Assembly (NCBI RefSeq): GCF_009914755.1
Contig: NC_060925.1
DNA: 64,000 nt
From: the human T2T-CHM13v2.0 reference genome, Homo sapiens
Reading direction: 5' to 3' (one strand)
Shown here piece after piece: positions 54,120-64,000 of the stretch; position 1 is the stretch's first letter, and every line of letters starts with the position of its first letter. Under the pieces are notes generated by a model. It made no database searches, was not told the DNA's origin, and worked only from the letters and a program-made list of their open reading frames with translations. The translations under genes were made by a program, and so were the position numbers.

Positions 54120-57100
54120 TTAGATACAATTTTTTAATTGTGCTATTTCAGTGGAATGTCTGATGTTGTGTAATGATGCAGGATTGACTTCCAAAACAAC
54201 TTTAAATTTTTGCCATATGATGCATGTGAAAGTCATCCTAAAATTCTGTTAGTGTTTACTCACTAACTCTGTGTCACAAATACTGATTGCCTTGTCTACT
54301 AAGTGAAATCTCAAGTTTGGAAAACACACTTAATCGTGATTGTCAAGGCACTTTGTTCTCACTTAGTAAATAATGATTAGCTTCTGTCATTTACTGGAAA
54401 AGTTAAACTTGATGAAGCAGTTTGGCAGTATATTGAATTTAACAAATCAAAATGATCATATTAGTGTGTGCGTCAATAACTGATATTGAATGTTGTTAAT
54501 ATCTTATAGATGTAATCCTCCGGTTATTCTCCTTCTTCACTTTTCCAACATTCCCAAGACTATAAAACAAACGTATTCTTAATTTAAAATCATTCAGGCT
54601 ATATTTATACCAGGCTATTGATAATTTAATCAAGTTTCTAAAATCAATTACACTCTACTCTCTTTAAGTATAACCTCACATTACCACTAAAGATGCAGAA
54701 AATGAAATTTGATTGCTTTTTCAGGTTATTCATCATGAGTACCTAGTGGAAACTTGCCAAGCAAGCTCCCTCACCAGACTCTACACTATACCAAAATGTA
54801 CTCACCAGTGTTTTATGACACTTACTGTTCAGTAATCAGAGTTATCATTCTAGGTCCCACAGTATAAGTTTGTCCTATTGAAGAAAATGAAGTATTATCA
54901 AATATTGAACCTCTCATATTTCTTGATAACACTCAGAGGAACTGCTTAGTTCTTATTCATCATTTCTGCATTTTAAAATTCTGAACATAATCTACAAAGT
55001 GATATCTAGGGTTCTGGCAAGTGGAATCTTAATGCTCTAGGTATTTAGTGTGAATGTCAAAGTCTGTGATTTCCCCCATAATAAATTTCAATTGACTGGT
55101 GTCATTTACTGGAAAGGTTACATGTGATTGAATTTATGACCATTTGCTGCTGAACTCAGCTTATAAATTGCTAATGATTCTGGCAGATGATCCAGTTTCT
55201 TATGCCAATGAAATATTTGAGGTTAAATAGCCTCCATCACCTCTTTTCACCAAAATGCCAATGAAGTGCTGAGAAGTTAAATAAATGTACTACTTGGTAC
55301 CCAGTATGCCAAATACACTACTCTATGCACGCACTTTCCTGAGCCTATTATAGTGATCTTCTAAAACAGCTTCAACTGTTGGATTCTTAAAAATTGCGAA
55401 ATGATGAAATTATTTGAAGTGTAAATTTCTTCCACAGCACCATTAAACAGAATCCCATTAGGTCAAAGTAAGAGTAAAATAAATTTAATAAGATAGGGAA
55501 AAAAGTTTTAAATATATAATAATCAACAAATATAAGATTATAAATGCAATTATGATTCACATCTAACTTGAAAATAATACTAAATTAATGGTAACAAAAT
55601 CTTAAAATAAAATACTTACTGGATTTCTTTTAATAAGCAGCATATTTTTAGCTCTCACCATCTGAGAAAATATTTCTATTTTGCCAGAGGTATGGAGTTT
55701 TATATGTAAGTACTTCTAAAGTGACATCTTTCAAAATCGTTACGTCTTACACACATGATACTGTTATTTTTCTGTCCTATATCTGGTTTACCCTTCTACC
55801 CATCTTAGTTTTTACTGGAGCCTGAGTTTCTGTTTTATTTATTTATTTATGTGGCAAACTCCTAGCTAAAGAATTACATTTTTCAGTATTTGTTGTAGTC
55901 AGGAGTCAACAATGAGATGTAAAATGTTATTGGGTAGGGATTCAAGTAAAGCTCCTTAAAACTTTACCTGGAACATGGGTATTTGTACTTTCTTTTGTGC
56001 CCTTTTTCTTTTAGAAACCCTGGAGTTCTGGTATCCAACCTAAATCACAGATGACCTTGAGGATAGTGAAGCAGAAAGGTAAAAAAAGGGTGACTAATGT
56101 CATTAGTGCTATAGCACAGAAAAGTGCTATATTATTAAGGTCTCTTAATTGATTCCTTAGTAACTGAACTTTATCCTAACTCACATAGTTAGCAAATACT
56201 GCATTATTGCATCAGGTGGTATACTAAATAAATATTGTAATAAAAATAATGGCCATTAGTTAATTAAGCAATCATTTGAAAGATGAATGGTCAACAAATT
56301 CTTTGTAGATGTTTCAGTTTTTCCAAATAACAGTTTCTATATATTCCCTTATGAGGATAAAATAGAATGAACTATTTTTGAGTATATATACATGCAATTT
56401 TAACCTTATTAACTCTTACCTACCTTAATCAAAGAATAAAGTCACAGTGAGTCTCAGCTCTCTGTATTTACTTCATGGTATATTATCTTTTAAACTAACT
56501 CATCTGATCTCAATATTTTAGGTATTGTAGTGATGGCTCTAAAAGTATAATCTCCAGCCTTCACTTTTCCAAAGAGCTCAAAAATAATTTGCATATATCT
56601 ATGTGTCTGGGGCTATGCTAGGTTGTATACATACATACATACATATATATATGAACAAAACAATTCAATACCTGCATTCATAATATTGTGCATGATAGAC
56701 ATCAAATATGCAAACTAGAAATCAGTACATTTGTAAATTTTGTAAAATGCCATGAATAACAATTTAGGATTGTGGAATAGAGAGTGACAGAATAGAAAAT
56801 AACTACATTTGTTAGGCAGGAGAAAGATAATATAGCAGAGTCTAGAAGGAAGAGAAGAGCTGCCTAGGAAAAGAATGGGAAAACAGCATGTGAAAAGTTT
56901 CTGAATATGTGGTGAATAAATTTGTACCCAAAGCATGATACATTAAAGTCAGTTGGAAATGTTTGAAGTGCTTAAAGCAGGCAAATGAAGGGACATGACT
57001 TACTTCATCGAAAAGATCACTCTTGTGCTTTGCTGATAATAGATTGGATTGGAATAAGCTTGGTAAATTTGTTAACCAGGGTCACTAGAAAATTAATAAA

Positions 57101-57659
57101 CATGGGTACTTATGTGGAAACAAATAAAATCAATTGGATTTTGATTGAAATCGAGCAAATTGAAAAAGTTAACCACGTTAAAATTAGATGTTTTTATTGT
57201 TTTATTGCAGGAAATTATTTATTCAAGATGGGAAAATTCACTTAAGCATGAAAATTTTATGTGTATGGGATTAATCATATGATAGCACTCACACATTATT
57301 TCATAAGCATGTAATGACTTCTGAGTAGTTCAGTGTTCTATTTTATTTTTTACTCTATATAATAAAGGTAATTAATATTAAACTATTATTAACAATGAGA
57401 AAGTTAGAATTTGTTATATAAACATCATTTTAAAACACTTCTTACATATCAATTTGAATTTATTGCATTTTTAGCAGTGAAAAGATACTCAAATATGATA
57501 TTGAATGTATAAGGATAAACTGTAATCACTTCATAGAAGCTTATTCATTCTAAATATTGACAGAAAATTTGTGCTAACTCAGAAATTCCGATAGTTCAAC
57601 AGATAGACATGATGAATTAATAGGGTGAGCACAGAAAAGACAGGAAGTTGAGTGTTTTA

Positions 57660-58570
57660 AGATTTAATGTTACAGTGTCTTAATATCTGTAGGGTAATAG
57701 TCAATCAAAAAGTAGTAAAATAAATATATAGCTGACAACCAATTTCAAGAGAAAAGCAGAATAATAAAAACTTCATTAATCAAGAAAAAACAAAATAGTA
57801 AGAGAAAAGAGAAATAAAAACATTTTAGTCAAATAAAAAAAGTAGTAAAATGTAGTTGCAAACCCAAATACATCAGTGATTACATAGAATGCTAATACAA
57901 AAAAATGATTCAACTAATGTTGGATAAATTAAACCTAACTATATGCTGCTTAGAGGAAAAATTACTTTAAATGTAAGGACACATAAAGACTGAAAATAAG
58001 AGAATGGAAAAATATGCCATACAAAACTAATAAAAGCAAAATTTCTAATGTAGCTACAGTATACAAGATAAAGTAGACTTTATGAAGAAAATTCTTTCTG
58101 ATAACAGATAAAGAGGAACATTCTTACCTAAAGTACTAATAATTTTAAATTCCTATATACTTAATAATATAGTTTCAATGCATACAAACCAAAAACTAGC
58201 AGAATGATGAAACGTGAAAATATAGAAAGGAAAAATGCACAAACTTCTAATCAAAATGAGAGATCTCTATTCTATAATACCTCTTTGATTACTAATAGAA
58301 CAGACAAAAATAAGTATACGGAAGATCTGGACAATATAATTAACAAACTTTATCTAATAGAGTTATGTAAAAATACCATGCCCAATAATGACAGAGCACA
58401 TTCTTTTCAAGTACCTATGGAATGTTTTCTAAAACCAAATATTTGTTAGACCATAAAGCGAGACTCAACAAATTTCATATGATAAAAAATAATTCAATGT
58501 TTTCTCTGGCTAGAGAAGAACTATGTTACAAATTGATAATGAAAAGATAACTAAAAAATACATGTAAAGA
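57660..58570 (+). mobile_element. Old L1M inter-ORF/endonuclease fragment
   Basis: CTAACTATATGCTGCTTA, GATAAAGTAGACTT, CACATTCTTTTCAAGTAC, AGACCATAAAGC. Confidence 0.75.
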
Positions 58571-58577
58571 ATCACAA

Positions 58578-59050
58578 CCAGCTGAATGCTTCCTGAGAAC
58601 AAAGAGAATACAAAATGGTTACCAGAAGAAAGTAATTATAAATATCAGTAACAATCACATGACCAGTTACAAAAACAAGGACTGTCATTGTTATGGGTGT
58701 TTCTTCCTCATTTTTTTATGAGTATATTTGTTTTGTATGTATATATGTGTGTGTATTAAGTAAAATTCTTTGCTTTCTTCCCTCTTTCATCCCCTTACCA
58801 TATTATTTAAGTATTGTTAATGTCACATCATAGTAACATAGTTACAGGATATTACAGAGAAGTGAATGTCATTCATGGACTTTGCATCCACTTCTAGAGA
58901 AAGGGTTAATGCGTTTTCAGTTATATGCAGGATAGTTGTAGCATGTTAGATGGAACTATGATCTTGTTATTGTCTCTATTTAGAGATCAAGTATGGTTTA
59001 GGAGATGTGTATGGTTTAAGGAGATGTGCCAAGTTGACAATGGATGGACT
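58578..59050 (+). mobile_element. ERVL internal 3' end fragment
   Basis: CACATGACCAGTTACAAAAACAAGGACTG...GCAGGATAGTTGTA...GCCAAGTTGACAATGGATGGAC (decayed polypurine tract) abutting the MLT2 LTR. Confidence 0.75.
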
Positions 59051-59508
59051 TAGGATAATTACTTTTATGTGTTAACTTGATCAGGCCATGGTACATCCAT
59101 ATTTGGCCAAAGACTGGTTTCCATGTTGCTAAGAAGGTATTTTTGTAGGTGAGATTGACATTTAAATCAGTAGACTTTGAGTAAAGTACATTACCCTCTA
59201 TAATGTAAGTGAGCCTCATTCAACCAGTTGAAGGTCTTAAGAGAGAAAAAACTGTCTGTCTAGAGAAAAATGGATTTTATCAGCAGATTGTCCTGAGAAT
59301 CAAGCTGCAGCAATCAACTTTTCCCTGGGTCTCCAGTCTGCCAGCCTTCCTTTCAGATTTTTGACTTACCAGACTCTACTATCATGTAAGTCAATTCCTT
59401 AAAATCCTTCTCTTTCTTCCCCTCTTTCTCCCCCAGGACAGACAGACAGACAGCTATCTCTCTATATAGCCAATCAGCTCTGTGTCTCTGAGAATCTTTA
59501 CCAATACA
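59051..59508 (+). mobile_element. MLT2 (C/D-like) 3' LTR
   Basis: TTTTATGTGTTAACTTGA...TCAGTAGACTTTGAGTAAAG...CTCTGAGAATCTTTACCAATACA. Confidence 0.85.
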
Positions 59509-59800
59509 ATAGCAATATGTCAATTCTCCCCAGAGCGATCCATGACTTCATGAAAAACTTAATAGACATTTCCAGCAGAATTTTTCTGGAAATTAACAAG
59601 GTTATTTTAAAATGTGTGTGTAAATGAAAAGAGCCAAGAGTAGTTAAGAAAATCTTGAAGAAGAACAAAGCTGGAAAACATACACTACCAGGTATCAAGA
59701 CTTAATATAAAGCTACTATAATTAAAACATTGAGATGTAAGAATGAATAAATTTTTTAATTCAGCAGAATGGAGAGTCCAGAAACTGTACACTCATAAGG
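59509..59800 (+). mobile_element. Old L1M ORF2 fragment (post-RT)
   Basis: ATGTCAATTCTCCCC...AATCTTGAAGAAGAACAAAGCTGGA...TATAAAGCTAC. Confidence 0.8.
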
Positions 59801-59803
59801 TCG

Positions 59804-59905
59804 TTTTTTCCTGAGAGAACTACTTATGTATTAATAATTATTACCTAACATTTTTTTCCTGAGAGAACTACTTATGTATTAATAATTATTACATACCATT
59901 TTTTT
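59804..59905. repeat. 48-bp tandem duplication
   Basis: TTTTTTCCTGAGAGAACTACTTATGTATTAATAATTATTAC... present twice. Confidence 0.95.
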
Positions 59906-60025
59906 GCAATTGTACTTACAATTTTTAAGCCATTCACTCATAAAATTACTGACTAAAGATTACATATGTAAAGATAAATCTATCCTACATTTTGAAAACT
60001 AAGACTTTCATCTTCTTGGTCCAGC

Positions 60026-60030
<5 letters not shown>

Positions 60031-60058
<28 letters not shown>

Positions 60059-60089
60059 GAGACAGAGTCTCGCTCCGTCGCCCAGGCTG
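60031..60089 (-). mobile_element. Alu 3' stub (31 bp) with 28-nt pure poly(A)
   Basis: T28 + GAGACAGAGTCTCGCTCCGTCGCCCAGGCTG. Confidence 0.9.
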
Positions 60090-60099
60090 AACAGCATAC

Positions 60100-61200
60100 A
60101 GGACAGATACATAAGTAAATATATAAAGTTCTAATTACTAATTGTGGTAAGTAAAATGAAAAGAACAAATGTGATTGTAGTAATAGAGAAGACAGAGCAT
60201 AACAGGGTGTGACTATGCTTTTGAGAGCGCGCTCCTGGGTGACTTCTTTGAGATGAGGTTTAAGCTGCACTTGAAGGATGGGAAGGAGTAGCTAGCAGAA
60301 GATTCAGAGGGGTGACTGAGTTAAGTCCTTGAGGGAAAGAACTGGGCTAGGACACAATGCAAAGGTCAATGTAGGGTGAATGGAGTTCAGTCACCAGGAA
60401 AGTTAGTTTAAGAAATAAAAAGAAGGTGGAAAAACAGAGGCTACATCTTGCAGAACAATGTAGGATTAAACTATGTTTGGAATTCAAAGTGTATTAGGAT
60501 GTTAACTATATATTTTTAAATTTTTATGTATACATTATTATAGATTATTTATGGGGTACATGTGATATTTTAATACAAGTATACAATGTGGGATAATCAA
60601 ATCTCAATAACTGGGATATTATTTGGGATAATTGGGATAAGAGTTTTAAGGCAGAGAGAAACATGATACAACTTAGTTTTGCTATTTTGTAGATGATTTT
60701 AAAAGATTGCTCTAAATTTTGTTTGTGGACTAGGCCATAGGTAGTTCAGATCAAAATCTTAAATGCCAGTAAGGGTGATATTTTATTCGTCCAAGTAAGA
60801 GTGGATAGTAATTTGGATTAATGTAATGGTTGTGCAGATGGAGAAATGTGAACATATTTGAGAAATTATTTAGAAAGTAGAATTAAAATAACCTTATGAT
60901 ATGTCAAATACATAAGAAAGTGAAGAAGACCAAGAGATAAAAATTGATATACAAGTTTTTGGTGCTACTTTTTGGGAGATACACAATTTTAGAATAATTC
61001 ATGGGGTGAAGTTGTATTTTGTAATTCTTAAATTTGATACAGTTATGAGACATTCAAGTTATGTGAGTCTAGCAAGCAGGGAAAAAGTCAGAATTAGAGA
61101 TAAATATTTGGGAGTCATAGGCACATTAGTGTTTCAACTGATGGGAATAAATGAAAAAATAAAAAAAGGTGATGACTTCTGTTGGAGACCTCTATACCAT
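60100..61200 (-). mobile_element. L2 fragment, interrupted by an L1MA 3' end at ~60512-60620
   Basis: GAGGTTTAAGCTGCACTTGAAGGATG and GAGTTTTAAGGCAGAGAG; insert TTTATGGGGTACATGTGATATTTT. Confidence 0.7.
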
Positions 61201-61257
61201 TCCCATTTAGGCATTAGAAAAAAACTAATGGAGCATAATTTAAATGCATTTAAATTT

Positions 61258-61564
61258 TCTTTTTCTTTTTTTTTTTTGAGGCGGAGTCTCGCTCTGTCAC
61301 CCAGGCTGGAGTGTGCAGTGGCGTGATCTCGGCTCACTGAAACCTCTGCCTTCCCAATTCAAGTAATCCTCCCACCTTGGCCTCCCAAGTAGCTAGGATT
61401 ACAGGCTTTCACCACCATGCCTGGCTAATTTGTTTTGTATTTTTAGTAGAGAGGGGGTTTCTTCATGTTGGCCAGGCTGGTCTTGAACTCCTGACCTCAA
61501 GTGATCCACTCGCCTCAGCCTCCCAAAGTCCTGAGGTAACAGGCATGAGCCACTGTGCCCAGCC
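61258..61564 (-). mobile_element. AluS
   Basis: Full dimer; TSD ATGYATTTAAATTT at 61244-61257 and 61565-61578. Confidence 0.92.
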
Positions 61565-61943
61565 ATGTATTTAAATTTCAAACTATCTAAATAGCAATTT
61601 CAACAGAAAAATACTTTTTTTTTAAATTTTTAACTCTATGTGTCTGCTTAACATATCTGAATGCTTTGCATAGAAAGATCTGACTGTATATGCAAATGCC
61701 TACTAGAAAATCAATTTTTTTTGAAAACTTCATTACAAATTAGTAGAGACTGACACTTTAGGTGGCACAGATTCAATAGATCACATCCACCTTTTAAAGT
61801 TTACTGTCCCAATCACAGTCTATGTCAATGCTGATATTCAACCTGAAAAAAAAAAGCATAGAATTTCACATTCTTAATGAAGATTATGGTGCAATTTTCT
61901 GTATACTATATTAGTAAATATTATATTCTTAGAAATTATTTTA

Positions 61944-62180
61944 GGTTTTTGGGTTTTTTGTTTGGTTGGCTTTTTGAATTTTTGTTGTTGTTGCCATTGT
62001 TTATTTTTATTATTTATTTACTTTTTTTTTTTGGAGACAGGGTTTTGCTCTATCACCTAGGCTGAAGTACAATGGCAAGACTACAGTTCACTGCAGTCTC
62101 AACCTCCCAGGCTCAAGCACTCCCCTTACCTCAGCCTCCCAAAGTGTTGGCATTATATGTGTGAGTCACCATGCCTGGTC
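61944..62180 (-). mobile_element. Monomeric Alu (FRAM-like or arm-collapsed AluJ) with long decayed tail
   Basis: Right-arm 3' part fused to CCCAAAGTGTTGG; TSD AATTATTTTA at 61934-61943 and 62182-62191. Confidence 0.8.
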
Positions 62181-62799
62181 TAATTATTTTAAATCATGTT
62201 TTTTTTTATTTTCTGTAGAGAACCCTAGAAATTTTATACTTGCACTTTTAGCTTATACTGATATCTGAGAATTACATATGGTAAACTTTCAAAAATAAAC
62301 CTTTTGAGTAAACAGAGAAAGGAATCATAAGCATGCTCTTTCTGAACTTTGTGTTTTTGCCTCAATAGTTCTGTTTGCTCTTTACTAGGGCTATTTGGCC
62401 ATTGATTTATTTATTCACCCTGTGGCTTATACATTTCAATTATGTGAATCTCAGGAAATTTTCATTCTTTTAAATTCTGTGCGAAGTTGGAAACACTTAA
62501 ATGACTTAGAAATTTTTTTTTACAGAAAATAACTTTCACTTTACTGTTGTAACAAATAATGTCTTTTGAACATAAAAACAGTAGCATTAATCTGTATCAC
62601 ATAATGAAATGTCAAGGAAAAATCAACAATGTCAAAGGTTACTAGCAGCTCCAGAGCCATGCATTCATATGACCAAAACGATGAAACAGTACATCCATTT
62701 TAGTTAAGAGATCAGGCAATTCAGAGAAGTATTATGCAATCTCTTTGCTTTCCTTTGTATAGAGTAAATCACAAGCATTGATATTATTATTATGCTGAA

Positions 62800-63450
62800 A
62801 ATGAACCAATCTCACACATAAACCCTAAAACAAATGTAAATAAGAGCAACTCAGCAGTACATTAAAAATATTATTCAAAATAATGTATCTTATCCTATAA
62901 ATCTTGCAATTATTTCATATTTGAAATCCTATTAGTATATTTCATCTGTTAGTAAACTAAAGCAAAAAAAATCTGATAATGGGTAAAACACAACAATAAT
63001 TGTGGTCAACTCTTCCTGCACTAAGAATGATAACTACTTCCTTAACATGGTAAATAAATTTACCTCAAACAGCCAAGCATTTTACATATGTGCTCCTAAA
63101 GCATGATTATTAAGGTTGGTCAAGCTAAGCATTGCTGCTGTCCTCATATCACATAGTAGTGGTGCTGTGTGTTCTGTTACAGGAGAGAAACAGAAACAAA
63201 GAAGAAAATAACAAATAAAATTATCATTTTTGCAGGCTGCATAATTGTCTCAAAAAGTGGAAAACCCATCAATTAACTAAATACTACTGTAAGTCCTAGG
63301 AGTCTGGGAAATGTAATAACAATAAATGGCTTTCGTATACTGGAAAAAATCATTTACTCGCATTTCCACAATGAAATTGGTTCATACATTATTTTTCTCA
63401 TTATATAAAAAAAGTTTCTAATACAAAATAAAACATTGAGTATATGTTAC
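62800..63450 (+). mobile_element. L1ME ORF2 fragment
   Basis: ACTTCCTTAACATGGTAAA and AAAATTATCATTTTTGCAGG (LFADD region), ...GAAAACCC. Confidence 0.6.
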
Positions 63451-63496
63451 AAAGAAAAAGTTAACAAATACTCGCAGCACCCAGTAATAATCACCA

Positions 63497-63775
63497 TTTT
63501 TCTTTTCTTTTCTTTTCTTTTCTTTTTTTTTAGATGGAGTCTCGCTCTGTCACCAGGCTGGAGTGCAGTGGTAGGATTTCGGCTCACTGCAATCTCTGCC
63601 ACCCGAGTAGCTGGGACTACAGGCATGTGCCACCATGCCCAGCTAATTTTGTATTTTTAGTAGAGACAGGGTTTCATCATGTTGGCCAGGATGGTCTCCA
63701 TCTCTTGACCTCATGATCCGCCCACCTTGGCCTCCCAAAGTGCTGGGATTACAGGCATGAGCCACTGCTCCCAGC
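63497..63775 (-). mobile_element. AluSc with internal deletion
   Basis: GTCACCAGG and TCTCTTGACCTCATGATC diagnostics; TSD core AATAATCAC at 63486 and 63776. Confidence 0.9.
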
Positions 63776-64000
63776 AATAATCACAGTTCGAACATTTGTG
63801 ATGTTCTTATAAGCATATGTATAAATGTGAATAATTTTGCATAGATTGGTCTTTATCATATATTTTTCCCTTAAAGCACTTTTAGTTTTTATAATTACCC
63901 TTTATCTCCCATTCTTTCATGACTCTGCTTTTCCCCTTTAACTGCTATCGACAAAGTGACCACTGGTAACAATCTCATGTGTATTCATTTCCTCTACATC

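Noticed and set aside
56104-56131. Short palindrome/hairpin GTGCTATAGCAC...GTGCTATA
   Set aside because: Too short to distinguish from chance.

Overview
AT-rich primate genomic DNA (human or great-ape-like, given AluY, L1PA2/3, LTR12 and THE1), intergenic or deep intronic. I see no intact protein-coding gene. The only gene-derived sequence is a processed FDPS (farnesyl diphosphate synthase) pseudogene at ~47.9-49.1 kb. The rest is a layered transposon landscape: L1PA copies (one near full length), old L1M, L2 and MIR, 12 Alus or Alu fragments, ERV1/ERVL/MaLR LTRs, a near-complete Tigger1, and MER44, MER63 and MADE1 DNA elements. The best observations are: (i) a clear L1 3' transduction with its own poly(A) signal and target-site duplication (TSD) at 25.4 kb, plus a mini-transduction at 0.4 kb; (ii) a triple nest L1M > MaLR LTR > LTR12 with readable TSDs; (iii) a 27-bp in-frame duplication in the FDPS pseudogene that can be dated relative to point mutations; (iv) a TSD-less 31-bp Alu stub with a pure 28-nt tail; (v) two repeat-poor islands with duplicated motifs. 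I found no evidence of a novel biological system. Repeat subfamily names come from recalled consensus sequences and need RepeatMasker/Dfam confirmation.
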